Assembly: GCF_988243305.1 (NCBI RefSeq)
Contig: NZ_OZ547136.1
DNA: 64,000 nt
Reading direction: 5' to 3' (one strand)
Below are positions 34,942-45,816 of this stretch, piece by piece (positions within the stretch are counted from its first letter, which is position 1; the number at the start of each line of letters is the position of its first letter). A program made the position numbers and the translations under genes. A model generated the notes under the pieces. That model had not been told where the DNA came from, searched no databases, and was given only the letters and a program-made list of their open reading frames with translations.

Positions 34942-35005
34942 GTTTGGATGCAAGAATGGCCCCCGTGGTGTTGTCAGGTGCATACCTGCAACGTGCGGGG
35001 GTTTT
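34942..35005 (+). ncRNA. rdl: Rdl antisense RNA of ldr copy 2, approximate ends
   Basis: Plus-strand gcccccgtggtgttgtcaggtgcatacctgcaacgtgcgggggtttt stem-loop and terminator; the 5' part differs from copies 1 and 3. Confidence 0.45.
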
Positions 35006-35187
35006 CTCTCTCCAGCAACCAATGCCACCAGGGATAAAGCCCCCGCAACATTGCGCCTCACCGGAACCTTTCCGGCTTGCCGCTGATTCTACGACTGTTT
35101 TTCTGCTCCGGAATCCGTCACTTCTTCACTCTGTGCTGTGCATTCCGCAGAATATTATCCGCTTGCAACCGTTGCATTTTTCTTACG

Positions 35188-35219
35188 AAAAAGGCCGCAG
35201 AGTTTTATCCCTGCGGCCT
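35188..35219 (-). terminator. Intrinsic terminator of ldr copy 3
   Basis: Same hairpin plus U-run, shifted by 966 bp from unit 1. Confidence 0.7.
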
Positions 35220-35268
35220 GATCCGGACGCAACTTGCCATTACGGCAGCCTGACGCCCGTCTGACACG

Positions 35269-35376
35269 TTACTTCCGCTTATTCAGCCAATTCACGATCA
35301 TGCTGGCAAGAATGCCAGCAATGACCGGAGCCGCTAAATCATGCCAGAAGGCCATGCCCAGTTCTGCGAGCGTCAT
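35269..35376 (-). CDS. ldr: Type I toxin Ldr, 35 aa (copy 3, ...ILASMIVNWLNKRK)
   Basis: Last 35 codons of ORF 35269..35511 from the internal ATG at 35376. Confidence 0.85.
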   Translation of the reverse strand: MTLAELGMAFWHDLAAPVIAGILASMIVNWLNKRK

Positions 35377-35424
35377 ATAGCCGCCTGTGTTGTAATGACA
35401 ACGTTTCGCGGCTATTCTTGAGTG

Positions 35425-35488
35425 GTCTAGGTTCAAGATTAGCCCCCGTGATGTTGTCAGGTGCATACCTGCAACGTGCGGGGGTTTT
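35425..35488 (+). ncRNA. rdl: Rdl antisense RNA of ldr copy 3, approximate ends
   Basis: gtctaggttcaagattagcccccg...cgggggtttt on the plus strand; best match to the RdlD sequence as I recall it. Confidence 0.5.
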
Positions 35489-35851
35489 CTCTCTCCAGCA
35501 ACCAATGCCACCAGGGATTAAGCCCCCGCAACATTGCGCCTCACCGGAACCTTTCCGGCTTGCCGCTGATTTTACGATTGCTTTTTACCGTCAGCACCCG
35601 GCAATCTTCCTCATTGCGCGATGCCTTCCAGCTTAATTTCTTTATTTGCAATAGTTGCAGTTCATATCCGAGCTGACTCCAGACTGGTAGTGAAATGCGC
35701 AATTTTGTAGAATTGCGCCTCCTCGCGACCTCCCCAGTGAATCTGTTGCCTCATTTTTTACATACTGCGTATTCGACTTCTCCACCTGTTGCGCAAGAGA
35801 AACTGGGTTTATTCATTTTTGCGAGGCCGACTTCTTTCTGGACAGGACTTT

Positions 35852-37123
35852 ATGCAGCACAACACACTACCGAAACACAATCAGAAATTGCCGTTTACAC
35901 GCTACGACTTCGGCTGGGTTTTATTATGCATAGGCATGGCGATTGGTGCCGGAACCGTGCTGATGCCAGTACAAATTGGCTTGAAGGGAATTTGGGTATT
36001 TATTACCGCAGCGATCATTGCTTATCCTGCCACCTGGGTAGTGCAGGACATTTATTTAAAAACCCTTTCTGAAAGCGATTCCTGTAATGACTACACCGAT
36101 ATTATCAGTCATTACCTGGGGAAGAACTGGGGAATTTTCCTCGGGGTTATCTACTTTTTGATGATTATCCACGGGATTTTTATCTACTCTCTCTCCGTGG
36201 TTTTCGACAGCGCCTCGTACCTGAAAACCTTCGGTTTAACCGATGCCGATCTTTCACAATCTCTACTTTATAAAGTCGCCATTTTCGCCGTACTGGTGGC
36301 AATTGCGTCTGGTGGTGAACGATTACTGTTTAAGATTTCCGGGCCAATGGTGGTGGTCAAAGTAGGGATTATCGTCGTGTTCGGTTTTGCGATGATCCCG
36401 CACTGGAATTTCGCCAATATAACCGCCTTCCCGCAAGCCTCCGTCTTTTTCCGCGATGTCCTGCTTACCATTCCCTTTTGCTTCTTTTCTGCGGTATTTA
36501 TTCAGGTACTTAACCCAATGAATATTGCCTATCGTAAACGGGAAGCGGATAAAGTACTGGCAACCCGGCTCGCGCTGCGTACCCACCGAATTAGTTATAT
36601 CACGCTCATTGCGGTGATCCTGTTTTTTGCCTTTTCGTTTACCTTCTCAATTAGCCACGAAGAAGCCGTTTCTGCCTTTGAACAAAATATCTCGGCACTG
36701 GCACTGGCCGCGCAGGTGATCCCTGGGCATATCATTCATATCACCTCTACGGTGCTGAATATCTTTGCCGTACTGACCGCATTCTTTGGCATTTATCTCG
36801 GTTTCCACGAGGCCATTAAAGGCATTATTCTCAATCTGTTAAGCCGAATTATTGATACCAAGAAAATTAACTCACGCATGCTGACTCTGGCGATCTGCGC
36901 TTTTATCGTCATTACGTTGACGATTTGGGTTTCGTTTCGTGTATCGGTGCTGGTGTTCTTTCAGTTGGGAAGCCCGTTATATGGCATTGTGTCGTGCCTC
37001 ATTCCGTTTTTCCTGATCTATAAAGTCGCACAACTGGAAAAACTTCGCGGGTTTAAAGCCTGGCTGATTCTGCTGTACGGCATTTTGTTATGCTTGTCGC
37101 CACTGTTGAAGCTGATTGAGTAA
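35852..37123 (+). CDS. yhjV: Putative amino-acid transporter (HAAAP/STP-like inner-membrane protein), 423 aa
   Basis: ORF track 35789..37123; canonical start [15 protein letters not shown] at the internal ATG (35852); polytopic membrane protein. Confidence 0.92.
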   Translation: MQHNTLPKHNQKLPFTRYDFGWVLLCIGMAIGAGTVLMPVQIGLKGIWVFITAAIIAYPATWVVQDIYLKTLSESDSCNDYTDIISHYLGKNWGIFLGVIYFLMIIHGIFIYSLSVVFDSASYLKTFGLTDADLSQSLLYKVAIFAVLVAIASGGERLLFKISGPMVVVKVGIIVVFGFAMIPHWNFANITAFPQASVFFRDVLLTIPFCFFSAVFIQVLNPMNIAYRKREADKVLATRLALRTHRISYITLIAVILFFAFSFTFSISHEEAVSAFEQNISALALAAQVIPGHIIHITSTVLNIFAVLTAFFGIYLGFHEAIKGIILNLLSRIIDTKKINSRMLTLAICAFIVITLTIWVSFRVSVLVFFQLGSPLYGIVSCLIPFFLIYKVAQLEKLRGFKAWLILLYGILLCLSPLLKLIE

Positions 37124-37152
37124 ACCGGAGCGCATGGCCCCGGTTTTGTGAG

Positions 37153-38157
37153 TTACCGCTGCGGATTTTCATCCTGATCAACAGCAAAACAAGCTACCAG
37201 TTGACCGCCGTAGTCTTTTAGCTGCGGCTGCAACTGGGTGCAGGGGCCGAAGCGCCGACGACAGCGGGCGTTAAACGCGCAGCCCGGCGGTGGATTGAGC
37301 GGGCTTGGCAGTTCACCGGTGAGCTTGATGCGCTCGCGGCGATCGTCCGGGTTCAGGCGCGGCGTCGCGGAGAGTAGCGCCTGAGTGTACGGATGACGCG
37401 GATTATTGAAGATTTGGTCCTTCGTTCCCTTCTCCACGCAGCGGCCCAGGTACATCACCATCACTTCATCGGCAATGTGCTCAACCACTGACAGGTCGTG
37501 CGAGATAAAGACATAAGACAGCCCCAACTCCTGCTGCAAATCCATCATCAGATTCAGCACCTGCGCACGCACTGAAACGTCCAGCGCAGAAACCGGTTCA
37601 TCGGCAATCACCACATCCGGGTCGAGCATCAGACCACGGGCAATGGCGATACGCTGACGCTGACCGCCGGAGAACATATGCGGATAGCGGTCGTAATGCT
37701 CGGTTTTCAGGCCGACTTTCGCCATCATCGACAGGGCTTTTTCCCGACGCTGTTCTTTGCTTAAGCTGGTATTAATAAGCAGCGGCTCTTCAAGAATTTG
37801 CCCAACTTTTTTACGCGGATTTAGCGAACCATAGGGATTCTGAAAGACGATCTGGATTTTCTGCCGACGCAACTTCTGCGCCTGCGGATCGTGCTTGAGC
37901 AGATCCTGCCCCTGGTAATACAGCTCACCACCGGTGGGCATTTCGATCATCGTCAGCAACCGACCGAGGGTCGATTTACCGCAGCCAGATTCACCTACTA
38001 CTGCCAGCGTTTTGCCACGTTCAAGGTTAAACGAAACGCCGTCCAGCGCCTTCACCAGACGTTCCGGCGCGAACATACCTTTCTTCACCGGATAATGTTT
38101 TTTCAGGTCGATAGCCTGCAACAGCGGTTGTTGCGAGGTGGCCTCATGCGTACTCAT
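37153..38157 (-). CDS. dppF: Dipeptide ABC transporter ATP-binding subunit DppF, 334 aa
   Basis: ORF track; Walker [12 protein letters not shown] signature FSGGQRQR. Confidence 0.96.
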
Positions 38158-39137
38158 AGTGTCGGCCTCCCGGCATCATCAAGTGGGTAATGGCATTTGG
38201 ACTGACGCCCGTCAGCGAGCATATTCAGCGCCGGTTCTTCAGCGCGACATCTGTCAGTGGCATAGGGGCAGCGCGGGTTAAGCAGGCAGCCGTTCGGGCG
38301 GTCATACTTGCCGGGAACAACACCTGGCAACGACGCCAGACGTTCTTTGTCCTGAGCAAATTCCGGCAGCGCACGCAGCAATGCCTGAGTATATGGATGA
38401 CGCGGCGCATGGAAGATGGCGTGGGCATCGCCCGTTTCCACCACCTGGCCTGCATACATCACGATGATTTTATGTGCCGCTTCCGCCACCAGCGCCAGGT
38501 CATGGGTAATTAACACCAGCGCCATGTTCTCTTTCTGCTGTAGCTCCAGCAGTAGTTCAATGATTTGCGCCTGAATGGTCACGTCCAGCGCGGTGGTCGG
38601 CTCATCGGCAATCAGCAGCTTTGGCCGACAGGCAATCGCCATGGCGATCATCACGCGCTGGCTCATGCCGCCGGAAAGCTGATGCGGGTAAACATCCAGA
38701 CGCGAAGCCGGATCGGGAATACCGACCTGATTCAGCAGGTCAATCGCCCGCTGACGGCGGGTACTTTTGTTGCCGCCCTGATGCACCTTAATCGCTTCCA
38801 TAATCTGGAAACCCACGGTGTAGCACGGGTTAAGGCTGGTCATCGGGTCCTGGAAGATCATCGCCACTTCGGCACCCACCAGGTTGCGGCGCTCTTTTTC
38901 TGAGATACGCTGTAAATCCTGACCGTTAAACTCCAGCTTTTCCGCCATTACGCGGCCCGGATAATCAATCAGCCCCATAATCGCCAGCGAACTGACCGAT
39001 TTACCAGAGCCGGACTCACCCACAATCCCGACCACTTCGCCCTGTTTTACGCTGTAGCTGATGCGGTCTACGGCGCGGAACGGTGCGCTTTCGTCGCCGA
39101 AATGCACCGATAATTTATCTACATTTAATAACGCCAT
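38154..39137 (-). CDS. dppD: Dipeptide ABC transporter ATP-binding subunit DppD, 327 aa
   Basis: ORF track; Walker [12 protein letters not shown] signature LSGGMSQR; stop overlaps the dppF start. Confidence 0.96.
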
Positions 39138-39147
39138 CTCGAACCTC

Positions 39148-40050
39148 TTACTGCTTCAGTTTGGGATCGAGCGCGTCACGCAGACCGTCACCCATCAGGT
39201 TAAATGCCAGCACCGTCAGCAGGATCGCCAGACCCGGGAAGGTCACGACCCACCAGGCGCTTTGCGCGAACTGCAACACGTCGGAGAGCATGGTGCCCCA
39301 CTCCGGCGTTGGCGGCTGCGCCCCCATGCCGAGGAAACCAAGAGCAGCCATATCGAGAATGGCGTTAGAGAAACCGAGCGACGCCTGAACAATCAGAGGC
39401 GCAAGGCAGTTCGGGAAGATGTTAATAAACATCTGACGCATCGCCCCGGCACCTGCCACGCGAGACGCGGTAACGTAATCGCGATTCACCTCCACCAGCA
39501 CGGCGGCGCGGGTTAAGCGCACATAGTGCGGCAAGGCAACGAAGGTCAATGCCAGCGCGGCGTTACCAATCGACGGGCCGAAAATTGCCACCAGCACCAG
39601 TGCCAACAGCAAACTTGGCAGCGCCAGCATGATATCGACCACGCGCATGATGATGTTATCGACCAGGCCTCCGAAGTAACCGGCGATCAGGCCGAGAATA
39701 ACGCCCATAATCAGCGATAACACAACTACCAGACAGCCAACCAGCAGTGACAATCGCGCACCGTACATCAGACGCGACAGCACATCACGGCCTACGTCAT
39801 CGGTGCCCAGCAAGTGCGCCATGCTGCCGCCTTCCTGCCAGGCTGGCGGGGCGAGCAGTGCATCGCGGAACTGTTCCGCCGGGTTATAGGGTGCAATCCA
39901 GTTGGCAAAGATCGCGATAAACAGCACGATGACGACGTAAACCAGCCCGACGACCGCGCCTTTGTTGCGTTTAAAATAGTGCCAGAACTCCTGTAACGGG
40001 GTCATCGGCACCGGTGCGCTAATCACTTTATTTTCAGTAACCTGTGACAT
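39148..40050 (-). CDS. dppC: Dipeptide ABC transporter permease DppC, 300 aa
   Basis: ORF track; recognised as DppC. Confidence 0.96.
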
Positions 40051-40059
40051 GATGTCCCC

Positions 40060-41079
40060 TTACTTCTTATGACGAATACGCGGGTTCACCACGCCGTACA
40101 GCAGATCGACCAGCAAGTTGACGAGGATAATCATCGTCGCCACCAGCAATACGCCGCCCTGCACTACCGGATAGTCGCGGCGTTGCAGTGCGTCAATCAA
40201 CCAGCGCCCCAGACCGGGCCACGAGAAGATGGTTTCGGTCAGAATCGCCCCCGCCAGCAATGTTCCCACCTGGAGGCCGATAACGGTCACTACCGGCAGC
40301 ATCGCGTTACGCAGCGCATGGACGATAATCACCCGCATGCGGGTCAACCCTTTGGCGCGCGCGGTGCGGATATAATCTTCACCCAGCACTTCCAGCATCG
40401 AGGAGCGTGTCATACGCACAATGACCGCCAGCGGGATAGTACCCAGCACAATGGCGGGCAAGATCATATGGGCGACGGCATCGATAAAGTTACCGTCTTC
40501 ACCCCAGATGGCGGTGTCGATCAGCATAAAACCGGTTAACGGATTGGAATCATCGAGGAACACCATGTCGCTCACGCGACCGGAGACGGGCGTCAGGTTC
40601 CAGTGCACCGAAACCAGCATGATCAGCATCATGCCCCACCAGAAGATAGGCATTGAATAACCTGTCAGCGCCAGGCCAACCGCCGTGTGATCGAAAATGG
40701 AACCGCGTTTAACCGCAGCCAGCACACCAACCGGAATGCCGACCGCCGTCGCAAAAATCATCGCGCAGACACCAAGCTCCAGCGTGGCCTGAAAGCGCGG
40801 CACGAACTCTTCCCAAACCGGGATGCGGCTTTTCATTGAAATGCCTAGATCGCCATGCATAACGCCCCAAATGTAATGGAGATACTGCTGCCACATCGGT
40901 TTATCTAAGCCGAGTTCAGCCAGCAGCTGCGCGTGACGCTCTGGGGAGATCCCACGCTCGCCCGCCATGATCATCACCGGATCGCCCGGGATCATGTGGA
41001 CAAAGGCAAATGTGAGAAGGGTAATACCGATAAACGTGGGGATGACGAGTCCCAAACGTCGGAGAATAAACTGCAACAT
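40060..41079 (-). CDS. dppB: Dipeptide ABC transporter permease DppB, 339 aa
   Basis: ORF track 40060..41205 is over-extended; canonical start MLQFILRRLGLVIPTF at the internal ATG (41079). Confidence 0.94.
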   Translation of the reverse strand: MLQFILRRLGLVIPTFIGITLLTFAFVHMIPGDPVMIMAGERGISPERHAQLLAELGLDKPMWQQYLHYIWGVMHGDLGISMKSRIPVWEEFVPRFQATLELGVCAMIFATAVGIPVGVLAAVKRGSIFDHTAVGLALTGYSMPIFWWGMMLIMLVSVHWNLTPVSGRVSDMVFLDDSNPLTGFMLIDTAIWGEDGNFIDAVAHMILPAIVLGTIPLAVIVRMTRSSMLEVLGEDYIRTARAKGLTRMRVIIVHALRNAMLPVVTVIGLQVGTLLAGAILTETIFSWPGLGRWLIDALQRRDYPVVQGGVLLVATMIILVNLLVDLLYGVVNPRIRHKK

Positions 41080-41185
41080 AACCCGGATTCTCTGTAGTGA
41101 CCCGCAGCCTGGAACTGCGTGTCTGTATTGCTCACAAATCAATTCCCGCCCAGGTCGGGCAGGGAATGAAGTATTGCTGCCGGAT

Positions 41186-41212
41186 GGCGCTGCACGCAGA
41201 GGCACAGCGCCA
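41186..41212 (-). other. Intergenic stem-loop between dppA and dppB (ggcgctg...cagcgcc); candidate mRNA-stabilising or attenuating hairpin
   Basis: Inverted repeat in the 150-bp dppA-dppB spacer; no U-run follows on the coding strand. Confidence 0.35.
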
Positions 41213-41229
41213 CCGGGTATGGCTTTTAA

Positions 41230-42837
41230 TTATTCGATAGAGACGTTTTCGAAGTGATGTTTGCCTAATGGATCAACCACATAGCCTTTAACTTCTTTGC
41301 GTACCGGTTCAAACACGGTGGAGTGAGCGATGATCAGTGCCGGAGCCTGATCGTGCATCACCACCTGCGCTTGCTTGTACAGTTCAACGCGTTTGTTATG
41401 GTCGTCGGTAGCACGCGCCGGTTGAATCAGATCTTCAAACGGTTTGTAGCACCATTTTGAGTAGTTGGAGCCTTGTTCAGAGGCGGCGCAGCTGAACAGG
41501 GTGGCGAAGAAGTTATCCGGATCCCCGTTGTCGCCAGTCCAGCCCATCATTACCGTCTGATGCTCGCCATCTTTCGCACGCTTGAGATACTCACCCCATT
41601 CGTAGGTGACAATTTTGGCCTGCACGCCCACTTTCGCCCAGTCTGCCTGAATCATCTCTGCCATGCGGCGAGCATTCGGGTTATACGGACGTTGTACCGG
41701 CATTGCCCACAGGTCGATGGAGAAGCCTTTTTCCAGGCCCGCTTCTTTCAGCAAGGCTTTCGCTTTTTCGGGATCGTAGGTGTAGTCCTGAACGTCGTCG
41801 TTATAGCCCCACATGGTTGGCGGGATCAGGTTTTTCGCTGCCACGCCCGCGCCCTGATAAACCGCTTTGATGATCGCGTCTTTGTTCACCGCGTAGGTCA
41901 GAGCCTGGCGAACTTTCACATCATCGAGTGGTTTTTTCTGCACGTTATATGAAAGATAGCCGACGTTCAGCCCCGGCATTTCCATCAGGTTGATGGATTT
42001 ATCCTGCTTCATGCGAGCGATGTCTGCCGGGTTCGGGTACGGCATCACCTGGCATTCATTCTTCTGCAATTTCGCGTAACGCACGGAAGCATCAGGGGTA
42101 ATAGAGAAAACCAGCGTATCGATCTGCGGTTTGGTGCCCCAGTAGCCATCAAACGCTTTGTAGCGGATACGGGAATCTTTTTGGTACTGCTGTAACTGGA
42201 ACGGACCGGTGCCGATTGGGTTGAGGTCCAGTTTTTCCGGTGTACCGGCTTTCATCATCGCGTCAGCATATTCTTTTGACAGAATAGAGGCGAAGTCCAT
42301 TGCCAGATCCGCGAGGAACGGCGCTTCCGGGCGAGTCAGCACGAACTGAACGGTGTTATCGTCCACCTTTTTCACTTCGCTGATCAGCTCCGGCAAGCCC
42401 ATGCCTTCGAAGTATTCGTAGCTGCCGCCAGAGACTTTATGGTACGGGTTTTGCGCGTTTTTCTGACGATCGAACGAGAACACCACGTCATCGGCGTTCA
42501 GTTCGCGCGTCGGTTTGAATTCTTTGTTGTCGTGCCACTTCACACCTTTACGCAGATGGAAGGTATAGGTTTTTCCGTCTTCGCTGACTTCCCACTTTTC
42601 AGCGAGGCCCGGGATTACTTCGGTGGTGCCGATTTTAAATTCAACCAGGCGGTTATAAAGCGGCACGGAAGAGGCGTCATAGGTGGTACCGGAGGTAAAC
42701 AGCTGCGGGTTAAACCCTTCCGGAGATCCTTCTGAGCAATAAACCAGAGTTTTAGCCTGAACACTTGCTGCGACGGTCATAGCCACCAGGCTGAGACCAA
42801 GCTTCAGCATCCCTGACTTTTTCAAGGAAATACGCAT
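41230..42837 (-). CDS. dppA: Periplasmic dipeptide-binding protein DppA, 535 aa
   Basis: ORF track; signal peptide MRISLKKSGMLKLGLSLVAMTVAASVQA; recognised as DppA. Confidence 0.97.
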   Translation of the reverse strand: MRISLKKSGMLKLGLSLVAMTVAASVQAKTLVYCSEGSPEGFNPQLFTSGTTYDASSVPLYNRLVEFKIGTTEVIPGLAEKWEVSEDGKTYTFHLRKGVKWHDNKEFKPTRELNADDVVFSFDRQKNAQNPYHKVSGGSYEYFEGMGLPELISEVKKVDDNTVQFVLTRPEAPFLADLAMDFASILSKEYADAMMKAGTPEKLDLNPIGTGPFQLQQYQKDSRIRYKAFDGYWGTKPQIDTLVFSITPDASVRYAKLQKNECQVMPYPNPADIARMKQDKSINLMEMPGLNVGYLSYNVQKKPLDDVKVRQALTYAVNKDAIIKAVYQGAGVAAKNLIPPTMWGYNDDVQDYTYDPEKAKALLKEAGLEKGFSIDLWAMPVQRPYNPNARRMAEMIQADWAKVGVQAKIVTYEWGEYLKRAKDGEHQTVMMGWTGDNGDPDNFFATLFSCAASEQGSNYSKWCYKPFEDLIQPARATDDHNKRVELYKQAQVVMHDQAPALIIAHSTVFEPVRKEVKGYVVDPLGKHHFENVSIE

Positions 42838-42849
42838 TATTCTGCTCCA

Positions 42850-42872
42850 ATTGTGATGTTTGTTGTTTTAAC
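42850..42872 (-). promoter_or_regulatory. CA-rich element in the dppA 5' UTR (known GcvB sRNA target site)
   Basis: Minus-strand AAAACAACAAACATCACAA immediately upstream of the dppA Shine-Dalgarno (GGAG). Confidence 0.65.
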
Positions 42873-43460
42873 CCTTTGCAGTGGGTTGTCGCTGCCTGAC
42901 CTTTTTTGTTTTTTGCCCGGTCGGGTCAACGTTATGAGGTGGGGATGCCGTACTAATTAACATCAGTGTAACAGTGCGGATCCTCCATAAAATGCCCCTC
43001 GTGACCTACAATCTGTCAACAGAATGTGAAAACGTCAATACAGCCAACCGGGATTTACACCAACGGTGAGAATCCACAAACAAAGATTAAAAAAACTTCA
43101 AACAGCTATTTGCAGCAGAGAAATTTGTGCTACTCCAACATGACCAGAACAATCAGCTTAATATTTAGCAACAATTGGTGATTAAGTTTTATGCATTTTG
43201 TGAAAAAAATCTGAGGAAAAGGTGGATATCTGAGCGATTAATACCATGAACGCTAAAACGCACAGCGGAAAATGCCAGCGCCAGTCATAAGTAACGCAAA
43301 AAAAGATTTAAGCAAATATAAAAAAAGACAATGGTTTCTGTCACAAATCCGTTAATGGATAGTGAGATATGGGGCGCAAATTTGGCAGGGAAATGTGTGG
43401 TGTGTTGCCGTTTAGATCGGATAAGACGGATACGCTGTATCCCACAATGAGTGCGGTGCC

Positions 43461-43560
43461 GAATTTGGTCGGTGCCAGAGGATTACTCGCCACTTCGTGG
43501 CTCGCCCTGCGGGCCGTTGCTGGCGCAACGTTCTCTCGCTTCGCTCGAGTCGAACCTCCC
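43461..43560 (-). other. tRNA-Pro-like 3' fragment (pseudo-tRNA remnant) with an approximately 60-nt insertion
   Basis: In proK orientation the segment reads ...ggaggttcga-[about 63 nt]-atcctctggcaccgaccaaattc, matching the proK T-arm and acceptor 3' end plus 6 flanking bases (ggaggttcgaatcctctatcaccgaccaaattc). Confidence 0.4.
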
Positions 43561-43597
43561 TGCCCCCGGAGGTTCTCATCCTCATAGGCTACAAATG

Positions 43598-43630
43598 CAA
43601 AAAAGCCTGCTCGTTGAGCAGGCTTTTCGA
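43598..43630 (-). terminator. proK intrinsic terminator (agcctgctc gttg agcaggct, U-run on the minus strand)
   Basis: 9/8-bp GC-rich stem followed by TTTTTT directly 3' of the tRNA. Confidence 0.85.
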
Positions 43631-43633
43631 ATT

Positions 43634-43710
<77 letters not shown>

Positions 43711-43801
43711 AATGCGGGGCGCATCTTACTGCGCAGATACGCCCTCGTCAATCCCTTAATAGCAAAATGCCTTTTGATCGGCGAGAAAGTCAGCAGGCCT
43801 C

Positions 43802-45493
43802 TTAGTTAGCCGCCGCCTCTCTTGCCTGCGGGATGTGGCACCAGTTGTTGTTTTCGTTAATTCCACCATCCGGTGAAGTATAGCCAAGACAACCCATGAT
43901 GGTGTCGTACAGCTCTACATGACGGCGTGGCACTTTCATGTCGGCTTCTTTTTTCAGCTGCGCAAATGCCTGCGCATTGGCCGGATTTTCTAGATATTTA
44001 TCTGACATCCAGACCATCATCGGCACACGGAACTGCTCCGGCGGTGCCAGTTCACGCGGTGTGCCGTGCAGGTGCTCGCGTTCATTAATTGACTCACCGT
44101 GGTCAGCTGCGTAGAACACAATCGCTTTCTTATCGCGAACCTGATCAATCACGCTGGAGATAAAGTGATCCACATAGGTCACCGAGTTGTCATAGGAGTT
44201 GATCATCTGCGCTTTGGTACAGCCGCTATCAACACCAATACATTCCGGCTTCCACTGCGCAAAGCTGCGCGGGTAACGCTGGGTGTAGTTAAAGTGCGAA
44301 CCTTTGGTATGCAAAATGATCAGATGCTTGCCATCCGGGTTGCGCCCCAGCGATTGCTGCATTTCGTCTACCAGCAACATATCATCTACCGGCTTGCCAC
44401 GGTTACGTGGCTCCGCACCAATCTGCTCACGATAAGCAATGTTGTCTGCCATCGTGTTGCTGTAGAACCACATTTCGCTTTGCATAGCGTAGAGATCAGA
44501 ACTGAATCCTAACTGCTTCAGCACCGCGAAAATGTTCTGTTCTTTTAATGTGCGCTGCGGATTATCTTCCGCGCCCCCCTGACGTACAAACATGCAACGC
44601 AGTGAGAGTTTAGTTGCGGTATCACAGGAGTAACCACGGAACGCTGCCAGATTTTTCTCCTGGGCCAGCTTCGGCGTGGTATTACGCTCATAGCCAAAAA
44701 TGCCCATATGGTCCCAACGCGTGGTTTCACCGATGATAAACACGACATAAGTGTCATCAACGTTTTGCGGTGCCTGATAAGTGAATTTCTTCGCCGGGTT
44801 AAGCAATGAATTATTATCGGAAGATTCATCGACCCGCGCCCAGGCATACAGCCCCAACGCAGAAAGCCAGTTTGATGGCAGATAAGAGTTCGCTACGACA
44901 CCGCCATAGCTGGGCAAATCAACACCGGTCGCCCTCTCCACTTTCTTCTGCTGGATATCCAGCAAACGAATCGGTGCCCAAACCATAATACCCGCCAGTA
45001 CGACGACCGCCAGGCTGCGAATACGCTGCCCTGGGGTTCGCAGTTGTCGGAGCAAGGTGTAGCGACAGCGGTTATTCCAGATAAGGATAAGAGGCAATGC
45101 GCTAACGGCGATTAACCAGAGAATAAAGTTCAGACCAACAACTTCTTTTGACAGGTCGATATCGGTGGTCATGACGGAAGCGATGATGCCATAACCAATG
45201 ACCACATTAAGGAAGGTCATGTAATAGCTGGCACCTGCGGAAAAGAGCACCACCAGCGACGCCAGAATACGCCAGCTACGGCGGCCAAACAGCGAAAGAA
45301 GACGTAGTAAAAAGAAGGTCACCAGTACGGTGGCGGCCAGTTCAACAACAGCAGAAATGCCTTTCCAGACGGTAAAATCGTGCGCATAGCTGCCGAAGCG
45401 GCGGTAAAAAACCGCGCCATTCATAAAAAGGCCAATATAGATTGCAAGCAAAAAGCTCAGCTTCTGCTGTGTAATCGATTTGATGTATCTCAT
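43802..45493 (-). CDS. eptB: Kdo2-lipid A phosphoethanolamine transferase EptB, 563 aa
   Basis: ORF track 43802..45526; canonical start [16 protein letters not shown] at the internal ATG (45493); N-terminal TM segments plus sulfatase-like domain. Confidence 0.94.
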   Translation of the reverse strand: MRYIKSITQQKLSFLLAIYIGLFMNGAVFYRRFGSYAHDFTVWKGISAVVELAATVLVTFFLLRLLSLFGRRSWRILASLVVLFSAGASYYMTFLNVVIGYGIIASVMTTDIDLSKEVVGLNFILWLIAVSALPLILIWNNRCRYTLLRQLRTPGQRIRSLAVVVLAGIMVWAPIRLLDIQQKKVERATGVDLPSYGGVVANSYLPSNWLSALGLYAWARVDESSDNNSLLNPAKKFTYQAPQNVDDTYVVFIIGETTRWDHMGIFGYERNTTPKLAQEKNLAAFRGYSCDTATKLSLRCMFVRQGGAEDNPQRTLKEQNIFAVLKQLGFSSDLYAMQSEMWFYSNTMADNIAYREQIGAEPRNRGKPVDDMLLVDEMQQSLGRNPDGKHLIILHTKGSHFNYTQRYPRSFAQWKPECIGVDSGCTKAQMINSYDNSVTYVDHFISSVIDQVRDKKAIVFYAADHGESINEREHLHGTPRELAPPEQFRVPMMVWMSDKYLENPANAQAFAQLKKEADMKVPRRHVELYDTIMGCLGYTSPDGGINENNNWCHIPQAREAAAN

Positions 45494-45816
45494 GCAAACA
45501 AACCCTGGACAAACAGGTGATAACACCCTGCTTAATGGCTTTTCAGGCCAGGCAGGGGAAAAGTGCGGAGGTAGTCAGATAAGTAAAATCTACACGCGCG
45601 AATAAGTAGACCACAGCAAAGGGAAAAAGTGTGGGGAAAGAGTGTGCACGAAGCACAAATTTACAAAAATGCAAGTTTGAAAAGAGACTTTAGCGTTACA
45701 AAAAGCAGTAAAAAGGGCCAGTTAACTGGCCCAAATTTTACGCGTCATTGTTTATACATTGCGTTGAAGCGTTTGATTCACACTAAGGCTAAAGCCCAGT
45801 AGCTCGCGGCAGATGA

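Larger units (their letters stand above)
34704..35186 (-). repeat. LDR unit 2
   Basis: Second 483-bp tandem unit; same internal organisation. Confidence 0.9.
35187..35576 (-). repeat. LDR unit 3 (similarity to units 1 and 2 ends after ...gctgattttacg)
   Basis: Third tandem unit, about 390 bp; ldr and rdl parts retained. Confidence 0.85.

Noticed and set aside
34303-35511. 80-91-aa ORFs in the track containing each Ldr peptide with an N-terminal extension (MALVAGERKPPH...)
   Set aside because: The extension is the translated ldr leader in frame, conserved only because the DNA is a repeat; the toxin is the 35-codon ORF from the internal ATG
35577-35851. Region between the last LDR unit and yhjV as a possible fourth degenerate LDR copy
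   Set aside because: Similarity to the repeat ends at 35576 and the remaining sequence contains no ldr-like ORF or Rdl-like terminator
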